A stretch of DNA of 63,934 nt, from positions 1 to 63,934 of the IMG/VR virus record IMGVR_UViG_3300036978_000814; one strand, 5' to 3'. Within the stretch, counting starts at the first letter, position 1; each line of letters starts with the position of its first letter. The DNA is from a virus. Its lineage: Duplodnaviria > Caudoviricetes. A model generated the notes under the pieces. It searched no databases. It had not been told where the DNA came from and saw only the letters and a list, made by a program, of their open reading frames with translations. Below, piece after piece: positions 31,790 to 43,200 of the stretch. Made by a program: the position numbers and the translations under genes.

Positions 31790-33835
31790 ATGTCCGAGAG
31801 CGTCACCCAAGGCCGGATTATGATCGAAGGCGGGCTCGATGGAGCCCGCTTTGCCGGCTTCCCGGAAGGGTGCGACAGCTTCTCGCACCCTCTGGCGGTG
31901 CGCCAGAGTCAGGTCCGTTGGTTGGAGAACGCGGTCACGCAGGGCGCGTTCGTGCAGACCCGCCCGGGCTTCAAGACTCGACTGACCTTCGATGTCGCGA
32001 CCGCGGGCACCGAGTTCAACCTGTGGTGGGTCTCGGCCGGCCAGCCGGTCCTGCACCCGCAGATGCTGGTCGACTTCACGCCCTCCAACGCTTCGCCGCA
32101 GCTCATTTTCGCGGTCAGCGGCACGGTCTGGTGCAGCGTGATCAACTCCGACGGGTCGTTGGACCCGGCCCAGCGCATCACCGGGCTTCAGTTTAGCCCG
32201 TACGCCGACCAGATAACCGGCACCGTCTGCACCCAGACCAACACGATCGTCGCCGGTCAGTATGTAAACAACATCGTCCCTAAAAACCTGTTAATCATAC
32301 AGGACGGCCTCAATCGGGCCGGCATCTGGGACGGGCAAAGCGGCCGGCACGCCAACCCCGAGAAGAAGGTCTCCTCGGACGAGAACGGCAACACCCTCTA
32401 CGACACCGGCTACAACGAGACCCGGATCGGGCTCTGGTCCGCTTGGAGCGGAGACCGGCTCTTCATCTTTAACGGCCGTCTGGGCTTTGCCTCGGATCTG
32501 GGCGACCCCACTCACTTCACGGAGGAACTGAACCTCAGCAGCTTTCAAGTAATGGTGTTTCCGGAGGACGTGACCGGCGCCATCGACCGCGGCACATCTG
32601 GCAACAACCAGTCCGCGGTAATCGTCTGCACCCGCACCACGACTTGGACGCTCTTTAGCGGCGTGCGGGCCCGCATCCCCTCGCAGTACTCGGCCGGCTG
32701 GGCCAATACCCCGGGTTGGATGACCAAGATTTTCAGCGGTGTCGGCTGCGTCGCCGGCAAGAGTATGATCGTCCATCGCGGCCTGCTCTACTGGAGGTCG
32801 CTCAACGGGGTCGTGGTCTTCGACTCGGTCAACACGGTCAACTCCACCCAGAACCTGCCCATCATCGATCAGGAGATGGCGTATTCTAAGCGTCTGGTGA
32901 CCCCGCCCAACAGCGTGGGCGGCGACCTGACCTGCGTGGGCGGTCGCGGCAGCTACGTGTTCTGGTCGATGCCTGTCGGGCCTGTCACCAACGGGCGTTG
33001 CTACTGCCGACACACTCAGGTTTTGGACCGTCAGACCACCGCTGCCGGTACTACGGGCTGGCAGGGCGTTTGGACGGGTATCAGGCCGGTCGAATGGGCC
33101 ACCGTGCTGCGTGCAGCCGAGCACACCTACGCCCTCTCCATCGACAACGACGGAGTGATCCGCATTTGGGAGGCTTTTCAGTCCAACCGGGCTGATAACG
33201 GGCACCCGATCCCTTGGCTGATCGAGACCCGGCTCGACCGGGTGCAGAACTCGGTCTTCGAGTACGCCAATTTCCGCCATTTCCGACTGATCGTAGATCA
33301 GGTTGTAGGCAACTTGAACATCGTCGGGTACTGGCGCGGGATGCGTGGAGCCTACCACGAGCTGCTGAACACCAGAATCACGGCTACCCCGGGCTCCGTG
33401 CTGACCCCGGTTCCGGGGTTCTCCGAGGTAATCAACAGCACCGACCACTACGCATTTGGTCCCCAGATGCGGACCGTCATTTCTCAGGACGTTCGAGGCG
33501 TAAATGACGAGTGCTCCTCTGCTGGAGTCGAATCCGAGTTTGAGGATGGCACCGACCACGCTTTCAGCCTCCTGCTAAAGATGAACGGGCGCGGGGCGAT
33601 TGTGGCTTACCGTATTGCGGTCGATTCCCGGCCGGACAACACCGAGGGTCGAGCCATTATGCCCACCGGAGTGGACGAGGATGGCTTTAATATCGTCAGC
33701 GCCGTGGAGTGCCCGGAGCATCTCAACGGGACGACTCCTGAATACACGCTTTATGATCAACCGGTTCAGCTTGCTTTGAGTCCGTATCAACCGGTATTCG
33801 ATAACTCGTCCAACTACCAAGCCCCGGCGTCCTGA
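31790..33835 (+). CDS. putative tail nozzle/stabilisation protein (tubular B / P22 gp10-like)
   Basis: ENAV...TRPG N-terminal motif, beta-propeller-like composition, 681 aa. Confidence 0.65.
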   Translation: MSESVTQGRIMIEGGLDGARFAGFPEGCDSFSHPLAVRQSQVRWLENAVTQGAFVQTRPGFKTRLTFDVATAGTEFNLWWVSAGQPVLHPQMLVDFTPSNASPQLIFAVSGTVWCSVINSDGSLDPAQRITGLQFSPYADQITGTVCTQTNTIVAGQYVNNIVPKNLLIIQDGLNRAGIWDGQSGRHANPEKKVSSDENGNTLYDTGYNETRIGLWSAWSGDRLFIFNGRLGFASDLGDPTHFTEELNLSSFQVMVFPEDVTGAIDRGTSGNNQSAVIVCTRTTTWTLFSGVRARIPSQYSAGWANTPGWMTKIFSGVGCVAGKSMIVHRGLLYWRSLNGVVVFDSVNTVNSTQNLPIIDQEMAYSKRLVTPPNSVGGDLTCVGGRGSYVFWSMPVGPVTNGRCYCRHTQVLDRQTTAAGTTGWQGVWTGIRPVEWATVLRAAEHTYALSIDNDGVIRIWEAFQSNRADNGHPIPWLIETRLDRVQNSVFEYANFRHFRLIVDQVVGNLNIVGYWRGMRGAYHELLNTRITATPGSVLTPVPGFSEVINSTDHYAFGPQMRTVISQDVRGVNDECSSAGVESEFEDGTDHAFSLLLKMNGRGAIVAYRIAVDSRPDNTEGRAIMPTGVDEDGFNIVSAVECPEHLNGTTPEYTLYDQPVQLALSPYQPVFDNSSNYQAPAS

Positions 33836-34536
33836 TGAGCGCAACTATTCCGATCACCCTTACACCGGTCCCGGTGCCCGTAGGCGTTAAAGCCACGGAC
33901 ATCAACCAGTTGATCACGATCATCACGCAGTTCACCGCCGCGTCGGTGAACGCGGACGTTTCGTTCTTCCAGATCGTCAGCGTCGATCCGACTCAGCTCA
34001 CGACGCCCCTGATTTTCAACACGGCTCAGGGCGTCTTCAAGTATTGGGACACCACGGTCGGTAAGTATACCCCGATCACTCCGTTTCAGCCCGGGGACAT
34101 CAAAAACACGTTTAATGGTGGCGACAGCCCCCAGACGGGCTGGATCGATTGCGACGGGCGGCCGATCACCGAGGTGCCGAACATCAGCGCGGCTCAGCAG
34201 GGCGTACTTAACGCTTTGTTTGGCGTCGGTGGCACCCTGCCGGACCTGTCTCCGGTGCAGGGCTTCTCGAATCTGCCGACCTCCAATGCGTTCACCAACG
34301 TGTCGGTGCCCAATACGACCCCGCCCAACGGCCAGATCGGCAACCTGCCCTTCTCTGGTGACTACAGCGCGGTCGAGTCGCAGAATCTGGCCGCCAACAC
34401 CGAGACTCTGCGTGACAGTCAGGACGACCTGCGGTCTGCGGTGGTGACGATGCAGGGCCTGTCCAATCAGGTGTTGCAGGCGATGATCAATCCGGTGACC
34501 GGGCTCACCGCTCAGGTGTTTGTCGGGTATCCCTGA
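33835..34536 (+). CDS. tail protein with collar-like motif
   Basis: PGDIK...P..GWIDCDGR....L..LFG....LPDL. Confidence 0.6.
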   Translation: MSATIPITLTPVPVPVGVKATDINQLITIITQFTAASVNADVSFFQIVSVDPTQLTTPLIFNTAQGVFKYWDTTVGKYTPITPFQPGDIKNTFNGGDSPQTGWIDCDGRPITEVPNISAAQQGVLNALFGVGGTLPDLSPVQGFSNLPTSNAFTNVSVPNTTPPNGQIGNLPFSGDYSAVESQNLAANTETLRDSQDDLRSAVVTMQGLSNQVLQAMINPVTGLTAQVFVGYP

Positions 34537-35012
34537 TGAGCATTTCGGTACAACCGTCGCACGAAGTCGGGCTTTTTAACTGGATGGCCAACCATCCTGA
34601 GATCAGCCCGCACGTCCGCGATGACCGGACCAAGGGTGCGATCGACCTAACCCCGCTGAACACGAGCGAAAACGTGTTTTTGCACTTGGGTGTCGACGGT
34701 CGAGATGCCGGATTTGTCGTCCTGATCCGCCACGGTCACATTTTTGAGATGCACTCCGGCATCCTCCCCGAATTTCGAGGAGCTACGGCTTTGCAGATCG
34801 GTCGAGCGGTTATCGATTGGGTCCGGAATCAGCTTCCGTGCGAACAACTGACGACTTGGGCGTGGGAGCACGCCCGTCACGTCCGTCTGGTAACCCGAAT
34901 GCTGGGTTTTAAGGAGGTCAATCGAGTCGATTGGCCGTACACCGTCGAGGGGCGTTCAGTTCGCCGCGTCGACTTCTCTTTAGCGTTTAACCAACCTTCA
35001 CTATGCCTGTAG
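34536..35012 (+). CDS. GNAT-fold protein (position of T7 gp13 / P22 gp14)
   Basis: EMHSGILPEFRG and RMLGFKE; lies just before the ejection proteins. Confidence 0.7.
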   Translation: MSISVQPSHEVGLFNWMANHPEISPHVRDDRTKGAIDLTPLNTSENVFLHLGVDGRDAGFVVLIRHGHIFEMHSGILPEFRGATALQIGRAVIDWVRNQLPCEQLTTWAWEHARHVRLVTRMLGFKEVNRVDWPYTVEGRSVRRVDFSLAFNQPSLCL

Positions 35013-35884
35013 CAGCAGCCCTGCCTTATATCGCTACCGCGGCCTCTGTAGCGGGGGCCGCCAGCTCAATTTCCGCCCAGCGGAAAGCCGCGTCGGCTCA
35101 GAAGGACGCTTTGGCGCGCCAACAGGAGATCGCGGCCAACCTCAAGTACGAGCCGATCAACATTGAGAACCTGAAGGAGCAGACGCGCCAGCAGGCCATC
35201 ACCAACGCGACCCAGTCGTTGGCGTTGGAGCGCGACTTGCGGCCGGATGTCGCGGCCACGCGCGAGATGGTCGCGGAGCGGGTCCGCAGCGATCTGGCCC
35301 TTGGCGGGGCGTTGTCTCCTGACGTTGCCAATCAGGTGGCCCGCGCTTCCCGCACGATGGGCGCGATGAGCGGTGCTCCCGCTGGTCCCCTGACCGCTGC
35401 TCAGATCGGCCTGACCGCCGAGGGCCTGCGCTCTCAGCGGTTGGGTGAGGCCAACCGGCTGTTGCAGATGAACCCGCTTCAGCCCGCGGGGCTTGACCCG
35501 GGTGCGTTGGCTTCCGCGATCGTCAGTCAAAACACGGCGATGAACCAGTTCAATGCCGCTAAGGCCGGAATTGACGCTAATCTCGCTCAGAGTGCCGGAG
35601 AAGTCGGCGCCGGCTTGGCGGCTGGTCGGCATAGCACCAATATGAGCGTTTTGAACGCCATCCCCGGCATTTTGGGGCAAATCTCGAATCTACCCGCTTT
35701 CCAGACTGGGGGCGGTGGAGGATCGGGTATGGGTCTTCTTCAGAACTATTCCCCGTTAAGCGGAGCAACTCCGTTCTCTACCGCGGGGCTTCCGAATCAG
35801 GTTAGCCCGACACCCTCCCTGTTCAACTACAGCATCGGTTCTACGGGCCTTGGTTTGCCCACGCAAATGCCCCCGGTTGGCTAA
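35003..35884 (+). CDS. internal virion/DNA ejection protein 1
   Basis: Ala/Gly-rich hydrophobic N-terminus followed by KAASAQ; Ala/Gln-rich helices. Confidence 0.6.
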   Translation: MPVAAALPYIATAASVAGAASSISAQRKAASAQKDALARQQEIAANLKYEPINIENLKEQTRQQAITNATQSLALERDLRPDVAATREMVAERVRSDLALGGALSPDVANQVARASRTMGAMSGAPAGPLTAAQIGLTAEGLRSQRLGEANRLLQMNPLQPAGLDPGALASAIVSQNTAMNQFNAAKAGIDANLAQSAGEVGAGLAAGRHSTNMSVLNAIPGILGQISNLPAFQTGGGGGSGMGLLQNYSPLSGATPFSTAGLPNQVSPTPSLFNYSIGSTGLGLPTQMPPVG

Positions 35885-35889
35885 TTCCT

Positions 35890-38460
35890 ATGGCCCTCGA
35901 AACTTCCGGCTTTCAGCTTTCACAGTTCGATCGGGCGCCCAACGTCCCGTCGAACATCGGCGTTGTAGATACGAAAGGTATCTACGGCGCGGTCGTGGAC
36001 GCGCTCAAGACGAACGAGGCTCTGCGTACCACTCAACTGGCTCAGGCCACGACGGACGCGGAACTCGGATTCGCGCGGCAAAAGGCGCTGACGGAAACGG
36101 GGTTGTTGACCCCCGAAGCGGAAGCTCGCCGGGCCAAAGCCCAGTTGTTTACGGCAGGGGCGCCGTTTGAGCAGGGGCTGCTTGAATCTCGTGCGGCGGC
36201 CGAGCGCGCCAAGTTGGGGTATGAAACTGCGCTTTCGTCTGAGCTGAACCGGCCAGAAAACATCGCCGCTGCCGCCAAGGCTAAAACGCTTTCGAGTTCC
36301 GCTCGCGGAGTGTACGATCTCGCCCGGATGGCGGCCGATCCTACCGCATCCAAAGAGTTGAGGGACGCCGCAGGAGTAAAACTGAAAACGGTTCAGGACG
36401 CGAACCAGCAGTTCAGAGCGGCGCTGGATGCGGGAAAAGTCGATTTCCACACCGCTAACGAGGACGGTACGCGATACGTCCGGTTTCGCGATGGTAGCAG
36501 CGGAATCGTCGGCTACCCTGAAACGTACACCGGTAACGCCGCCGCGTATTTGACTGGCCCGACGGTCTCACTTGGAAACGCTCCCGTTCAAGTTGGGGTA
36601 GCTACTCCTATGGCCGCGGCGGCTGAACAAGTGCCGGTAGGCGCTTTTGCTCCGGTAGCCGCAACAGGCGCTCCAGCGGCTGCTTTGCCGGGTGGTATGC
36701 TTAGTGGAGTAGCTCCCAGAACTAGCGGCGTGCGTGCCTCCACCAAGGGTGGGGTTTTGGCGGCGGAATCCTCGATGAAATTCGGCGGGGAAATGTCTCC
36801 TCTTGCCGGAATTGAAGGCGACGAGATCAAAAAGGAGGCGCTTTCAACCGCCTCTGAAATGGGCAAAGAGGCGCGCAAAGAAATCCGAACGCAGCTTATT
36901 AACCTGACTACCTACGAGAACGAAGCTCGTAAGGAAGACGATATCCAAAAAGAACTCGACGCGCTGATCGCAGAAGCCTCCCAAAAGGGGGTTATGATCA
37001 GCGGCGGGAGCATTTTTGGTCGCGGTTTAAGGGCTTTGGCCCCGGGAGAAGCTGCCGCTTTCCAATCCCGTCTAACCTCGGTTATTCAACACATCCAACT
37101 GGGCAATATGCTCAAACTCAAGAACGCTTCCTCTACGGGCGCGACTGGGTTTGGGTCTTTGACCGGACCCGAAAACGAACTGTTGCAGGCCGATTACGGC
37201 GTGTTGACCAACAAAGACCTTCCACCTGAAGGTCTTGTCGCAGGGTTGGAGCGGGCAAAACGGGGTTTGAACCTCCGACGTGATGAAGCTCTAAAAACCA
37301 TTCAAGGGCGTTTGGCTGTAGAGCGAGGTATCGAGCAGCAATCGACTTCGGTTTTTCAAAACGAAAAAAGCCGGTTTCTAATTCCCCGCCACCCGTTGGA
37401 AGTGCAGCAGGCTGCACCCGGGCCTTCAACCGCGCAGCAACCGGAAATTGACGCCGAGTCCGTTTTCCCGACGGCTCGGTCGATGGCACCCGGGCGTCTG
37501 ACGATCGGGGCTGCGCCTGCGCCTGAACCGTCGCAGTCGCTTGTTTCGGAGCCAAATACCGAAAGCCCTGCGGAGCCTATCGATGACGAGTACGAGCGTG
37601 TCGACGCCGGTGCCCCCTCACCTGCCGCCTCCTATCCGGGCCGGGTGGTGACTCCGCCTGCCCCGGCCCCTGCGCCTGCGGCGACCGCGCCCGACTCTGC
37701 CGGCCCCACGCGCCAGTATCCGGCGTATTCGCTGATGGGCGCGATCGAGCGTATGCCCTCGGTTTCCGAGCAAGGCAAAATCGCCGCGGACATCGCCGCG
37801 TATCCCGGTCGAACGATCGATATGCTGAGTCGCTACGGGGCCGCGGGGCTCCAAGGGATCGCGACTGGTAACTACACGGTTCCCGAAAAGGGGCCACTTC
37901 AGACCATTGGCGAGACGATCGGCGGCGCTCTTGCAGGCTCCAGCGTAAAACAAGAGCGTGAGTCGATCCGTCAGGATAACGAGATTCTGCGAACTAAGCC
38001 CAACTCTTGGGAGGCGTACAACATCCGGCGCAAAATGGGTATGCGCCAACCTGAGGAGCCGGCCTCGAAGGAAACGCCGGCTGTGGAACAAACTTCCGCC
38101 CCCGCTTCCGCTCCCGCCAAAGAGCCGGTCATCAAGCTGACCGAGGAACAATTGCCTCAGATCAAACTGTCGCCTGAAGCCGCCAAAACGGCTAGGCAGT
38201 TGCTGTCGCAATACGAGGCTGCGGAAAAAGAACGCAACCGAGAGCAGGTGGTTCCGGAACTCAGCGCCGCTGAAGGCGGGAACCAAGGTTCGTTGAAGAG
38301 TTCTCAAATTCTCCGTCAGCTTTTGGCCGTCCTGACCGGAGGTACTCCGAGCGTTGAACCGAGGTTGGAAGTCGATCGCGAAGGCACCCGCGCTCTGACC
38401 AACGACCGTATGCGGCGCGAGGAAATGTTCCGTACGCTTCGCGCATCCCCCCGTCGTTGA
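35890..38460 (+). CDS. internal virion/DNA ejection protein 2
   Basis: Helical; LKNASSTGATGFGSLT..E..LL motif resembling gp20-like proteins. Confidence 0.6.
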   Translation: MALETSGFQLSQFDRAPNVPSNIGVVDTKGIYGAVVDALKTNEALRTTQLAQATTDAELGFARQKALTETGLLTPEAEARRAKAQLFTAGAPFEQGLLESRAAAERAKLGYETALSSELNRPENIAAAAKAKTLSSSARGVYDLARMAADPTASKELRDAAGVKLKTVQDANQQFRAALDAGKVDFHTANEDGTRYVRFRDGSSGIVGYPETYTGNAAAYLTGPTVSLGNAPVQVGVATPMAAAAEQVPVGAFAPVAATGAPAAALPGGMLSGVAPRTSGVRASTKGGVLAAESSMKFGGEMSPLAGIEGDEIKKEALSTASEMGKEARKEIRTQLINLTTYENEARKEDDIQKELDALIAEASQKGVMISGGSIFGRGLRALAPGEAAAFQSRLTSVIQHIQLGNMLKLKNASSTGATGFGSLTGPENELLQADYGVLTNKDLPPEGLVAGLERAKRGLNLRRDEALKTIQGRLAVERGIEQQSTSVFQNEKSRFLIPRHPLEVQQAAPGPSTAQQPEIDAESVFPTARSMAPGRLTIGAAPAPEPSQSLVSEPNTESPAEPIDDEYERVDAGAPSPAASYPGRVVTPPAPAPAPAATAPDSAGPTRQYPAYSLMGAIERMPSVSEQGKIAADIAAYPGRTIDMLSRYGAAGLQGIATGNYTVPEKGPLQTIGETIGGALAGSSVKQERESIRQDNEILRTKPNSWEAYNIRRKMGMRQPEEPASKETPAVEQTSAPASAPAKEPVIKLTEEQLPQIKLSPEAAKTARQLLSQYEAAEKERNREQVVPELSAAEGGNQGSLKSSQILRQLLAVLTGGTPSVEPRLEVDREGTRALTNDRMRREEMFRTLRASPRR

Positions 38461-40292
38461 CCGTTATGGAACAGTACACTTACCGCAACAAGAAGACGGG
38501 TCAGATTCTGACGCTCGAAGGCGAACGCCCGCCGACTAAAGCAGAGCTGGACGCGTTTTTCGCCCAGCAACAGCCTGCGCCCGCGGAAGCTCCCGCTTCA
38601 ACTCCGGCGGAGACCCCTGCTCCTGCGCCGGCAAGCCGCGGTATTGGCACTACCATTCGGGAACTGGCGACCGAAGCCGGCGCCGGCACCACGGGTCAGG
38701 CAATCGGCACCGTGATCGCGCCCGGAGTTGGCACCGTAGTAGGCGGGGCGATCGGCGGTGGTGCTGGCAATCTGATTAACCAGTTTCAGCGGATGTCGGA
38801 CGACCCGAACTACCGCTTTCGCTGGGGCGAATTCCTGTCCGACATCGGTACTGGTGCAATCCCCGGCGGATCTTTGGCCAAAACCGGAATAAAGGCGGTT
38901 GGACGCGAGGCGCTGAAACAAGGTGTGGCTGGAGCCGCGTCTGCCGCGACCCAACAGGCGATTGATGAAGGCAAATTGCCCTCGGCCAAGGAGACGTTGC
39001 TCGCCGGCGGCGTTTCGGCTTTGACCGGCGGAGCAGCCCAAAAAGTGCTTTCGGGCGCGCCGAGCGCCGCGGCTTCTGTTCGCAAAGCCTTTGCTGGCCG
39101 GTCAAAAGAACTCCGCACGTTTGAGGCTGGCTCGGCCAAGGGGCTCAAAGCCGTGCCGTCGGACCTCGACCCGTCGTTTACCACCACTCAACTGGAGAGT
39201 CTGGGTGGCAAGGCAGCGGTCAATCAACGCACCCAGCTCGCCAATCAAGACGCGGTAAACAAGATGGTTCGAGAGGAACTTGGCATCGCCGAGAACGTCG
39301 GGCTATCGCCTAGTTCCCTCAAGGCGCTCCGCGAGCAGGAGGGCAAAGTCTACGAGCAAGTCGACGCTTTGGCCGAGAAAGCGCGTAAAGACTTGGAGAA
39401 ACTCCAAAAGTCGAGGGCCGCGGCGACCAACGTCTCTGATCCCGCGCAACGGGCCATCGAGGAAGCCAAGTTCAACGCCAAGTACGGCCAAAAAGAAGCC
39501 CGTTTGACCGAACAGGCCGCCGCCAGTCTGGAGGACTTGCGTAAGACCCGCGGCGATATGCAACGGATGTGGGACAACTATTACGCTTCCGGTGGCAAGA
39601 ACGTCGACGCTCAACAAGGCGCGATCGCTCTCCGAGCAAAAGCGGAGGAATTAGAAGACACGATCGACCGGGTGCTCCGTAAAACCGGTAAATCCGCTTT
39701 GGCGGATCGGATTGTGCCTGCGCGTCAACGGATCGCCCAGAGCTACAGCGTCGAGGAGATGCTCAATCCGGGCAACTTCAACGTAGACCCAGATGTTGCC
39801 GCTCGGATGCTGAAAAACGGAGTTCCGTTGTCCGGCAACCTTCGGCTTTTGGGCGAGTTCAAGGCCGCGTTCCCGAACAGCTTGCGAGAAGCGTCCAAGG
39901 TGTCCTCGCCGGACGTAAGCCTTCTCGGCACCGTTGCTCAGGGCGCGGTGGGTGGCGCTGTCGGTCTTGGCGCGGGCAACCTGCCCGGGGCCGTTCTTGG
40001 TGCTGTTGCCGTGCCGCTGGCCCGCAAAGGTGCTCGCGAGTACTTGCTCTCGCCCGGAGTGCAGCGCAGGGCCTACGAGGCGGCGTTGCCGCAGGCCAAA
40101 ACCCCGCTTCCGTTGGCCGCCGGGACCGCCGCGATGCGCCAGACGGGCCAGCAGGTGGGCCAGCAAAACACGGCAACACCGGTGCCCAACGATCAGGCAA
40201 TCGAGGCGCTTCGTAAAAATCCCGCGCTCGCAAAGGACTTCGACGCAAAATACGGGTTTGGCTCCGCAAAACGGTATCTCAAAACTCCCTGA
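38457..40292 (+). CDS. internal virion/DNA ejection protein 3
   Basis: Gly/Ala-rich membrane-like segments; C-terminal AIEALRKNP...FDAKYG. Confidence 0.6.
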   Translation: MTVMEQYTYRNKKTGQILTLEGERPPTKAELDAFFAQQQPAPAEAPASTPAETPAPAPASRGIGTTIRELATEAGAGTTGQAIGTVIAPGVGTVVGGAIGGGAGNLINQFQRMSDDPNYRFRWGEFLSDIGTGAIPGGSLAKTGIKAVGREALKQGVAGAASAATQQAIDEGKLPSAKETLLAGGVSALTGGAAQKVLSGAPSAAASVRKAFAGRSKELRTFEAGSAKGLKAVPSDLDPSFTTTQLESLGGKAAVNQRTQLANQDAVNKMVREELGIAENVGLSPSSLKALREQEGKVYEQVDALAEKARKDLEKLQKSRAAATNVSDPAQRAIEEAKFNAKYGQKEARLTEQAAASLEDLRKTRGDMQRMWDNYYASGGKNVDAQQGAIALRAKAEELEDTIDRVLRKTGKSALADRIVPARQRIAQSYSVEEMLNPGNFNVDPDVAARMLKNGVPLSGNLRLLGEFKAAFPNSLREASKVSSPDVSLLGTVAQGAVGGAVGLGAGNLPGAVLGAVAVPLARKGAREYLLSPGVQRRAYEAALPQAKTPLPLAAGTAAMRQTGQQVGQQNTATPVPNDQAIEALRKNPALAKDFDAKYGFGSAKRYLKTP

Positions 40293-40294
40293 CT

Positions 40295-43200
40295 GTGGCC
40301 AATCCCTTCGACGTATTCGACAACCCGGTGACCCGCGGCGCCCGTGATGTGGGCGTCGCGTTTTCCCTTGGGGCCAACGGGTTGGTCAAGATGGCCGGCG
40401 ATCTCGCGACGCTGACCACAGGCAAAAAAACCGCCCTGTCCGAATTGGCGCAAAAGAACATCGAGTATCTTCAGCGCCAGAAATCCCCCGAGCTGATTGC
40501 GGCAGAACAAGAGCGGGAAGCCGCGGTGAGCGCGGAGGAAAACCCGGTTTATCAGGCTTGGAGCTATATTAAGTCGACTGCGTCCAACCCGTTGTTGGCC
40601 GCGACCAGCGCGGCGGAGACGGCGCCCAGTTCCGTGGGTGCTGGCGCTTTGGGCGCCGGTGCTCGTATGGCCGCAGGCAAGCTGTTGGCCAAAAAGGGAT
40701 CGGAGTTCGCCACGAAAGCGGGTGTTGCGACTGCGCTTGGCGCCGGTACGGCGATGCAAGCCGCAGACGTTGGTGGGGATCAATTCGACGAACTTCTCAA
40801 GACTCTGGGAGGGATGGACGACGACACGGCGATGCAGATCCCGCAAGTCGCCGATCTCGTTCAGAACAAAGGGTCGTCCATTGCTGAAGCCAAAGGGGCG
40901 GTCGCCCTTGATCTGGCGAGGAAAACGGCCTTTGGGGCCGGCGCGGTTTCAGCGGTCAGTCAGTTGGCTCCGGGTGGTCGCACCATCGAACGGGCGCTGG
41001 TCGGCGGCACGAAAAAGGCCGCCGGACAAACCCTTGGTCGCACTCTGCTTGCCGGCGCCAAGGGCGCCGCTGGCGAAGCCACGCAGGAGTCGTTTGAAGA
41101 AGCTGGCGGTCAGGTTGCAAAGAACATCTTGGCGCGCCCGGTAGAACCCGAACGAGAGCTGACCGCTGGCGTCGGCCCGGCGGTTGGGCAGGCAGTTATG
41201 GGCGCTGGCGCCCTCGGCGGCGCCGCAGGTATCGCCCAAGGAACACCTTCCCGCCCATCACCGCAGCCGGCGCCGGAGGGTCAAACTACGGCGGGCAAAA
41301 CCGGAGAAGCTCCGGCGTCGGCTGCGACCAAGAACGCTCTTGCCGGAGCGCCGGAGGTGGCGCTGGAGAACTCCGAAGGGCTGACGCCTGAGCAGTTCTT
41401 TGCCGCCGTCAACATCCGCCAAGCGCGTTTGCTCGGCGGTGAGGCCGACCCAGAGGATGTGCGGACGGCGGGCGAAGTTCCGCCCCCGAAGACGCTGATT
41501 GACCCTGAGGAAATGCGCGCGGCGGTCGACGAGACGCAAAAGGCGCTCAACGACTGGAAATCTCAAAACCCGAACGCTCCGGAGAATATCGTCATCGTCT
41601 TCGACCCGGAGATGCTGCACAACAACTACGGGATTCAGGGAGCATTCAATCCCCGCGACGGCAGCATCTTCATCAATTCCGCGTTCGTTGCCCCAGAGAA
41701 TGTCGGCAAGATCGCCAGCCACGAGTGGGCTCACCAGACTCTGGCGACGCCAGAGGGTCAGCAGGCGTTTGCCGATTTCGTGCAGCGGGAAATCCCGCAA
41801 GGCGAACTGGACGCGCTGGCGACCCGTTACGGCACGCAGGACCGCCGGGTGCTGCTGGAGGAATGGATCGCCGAGAATCAGGAGAAGGCCCCGGGCGTGA
41901 TCGAGCGCATCGTCGCTCGCATCCGCGAGTGGCTCGCCGGAGTTGGCATCGTCGATCTGAGCGACGCGGAGGCTGCGGACATTATGCTCCGCACCCTGCG
42001 CCAGCGGGCTGAGAACCGCATTCAGCCCGACACGTTTGAAGGAATGCAGCCCGCGGAGGGCGAGCGGTTCAGCCTCTCGGCGGAGCCGAAGCGCATCTCT
42101 GGTGTGATGGCCAGCCCCAGCATCACCGACATCAACTACGACCGGGCCAAGCGCAACCTGACCTCGGCCAATCAGGCCCGTTTCAAGAGCCAGATTTCGG
42201 AGTACGCCCCGGAAGCTGAGATTTTCGACGCGGTGGGCGATTGGGCCGACGGGTCGGAAAACTCCGTTGCGGCCATTTTCCAAGACCGCAAATCCGGCGA
42301 CGAACTCCAGCGTCTCGCGGCTCAGGTCGGCCTCGCCGGCGACCAGAAGGCCGTTCTCTGGTGGCGCACCGAGCCGGAAGGCGCTGACGCCATCCACGAA
42401 ATGGTCTGGCCCAAGAGCGTCTCGATGGACGAGGCCCGTCAGGCGATGATCGACGTGGGTCTGGAGAACCGAACGCTCATCCAGACGCCCGAAGGGGTGC
42501 GCGGATTCGTGTTTGACCAAGGCCGTCAGAATCTCAATAAGATCGAGGCACTCAATGAACACGAAACCCAACCTTCTCTCGAATCCAGCCCCGCAGCAGG
42601 AGACTTCCTCGGCAGTTGGACAAGCCGCGCCGAGGGCCGACGGGCCTACCGGCGAGTACTGGGATCGACTCCGCAAGCTGAAGCGGGTGCGGGTGAGCTA
42701 CGATCTGGGGAGGTCGGTGGGGTCAGGGATCGTGGTGAGCCAGAAGCCCGTTTCAGCCTGACCGATCGAGTCGCGCAAGGGCGCGACACGGTGCTGGCAA
42801 CGGAAGCGCAGAAGCTGAAGCGCGGCGAAACGACGCCGGCGAAGTACGCTCGCAAGGTGGAGCAGAGGATGCCGCTCCGTCCGTTTGACGAGGTTCCTGA
42901 GCCTGCTACGGACGAGGACATCCTCCGTGGGCTCGGCAACCGGATGGCCGGCGAAACGCTCAAGCGCGAGCTGAAGGCCAATCCTGAGGACATCGAGGGC
43001 CAGCAGGTCGAGGCGCGTCTGGACATCCCGTCCTACGAGGACGCGAACGTCTGGACCGTCACCCTGCACAACCCCCGCGAACGCGCTGGAGCTGCCGGCA
43101 AGGTGCTGGCGTACACGCCCACGGCGGTCCTGCGCGACGTGACCTTTACGGTCAACGAGACCGCGGCGATGAACGTCGCCGCTGGTGCCCGCAAGAGCAG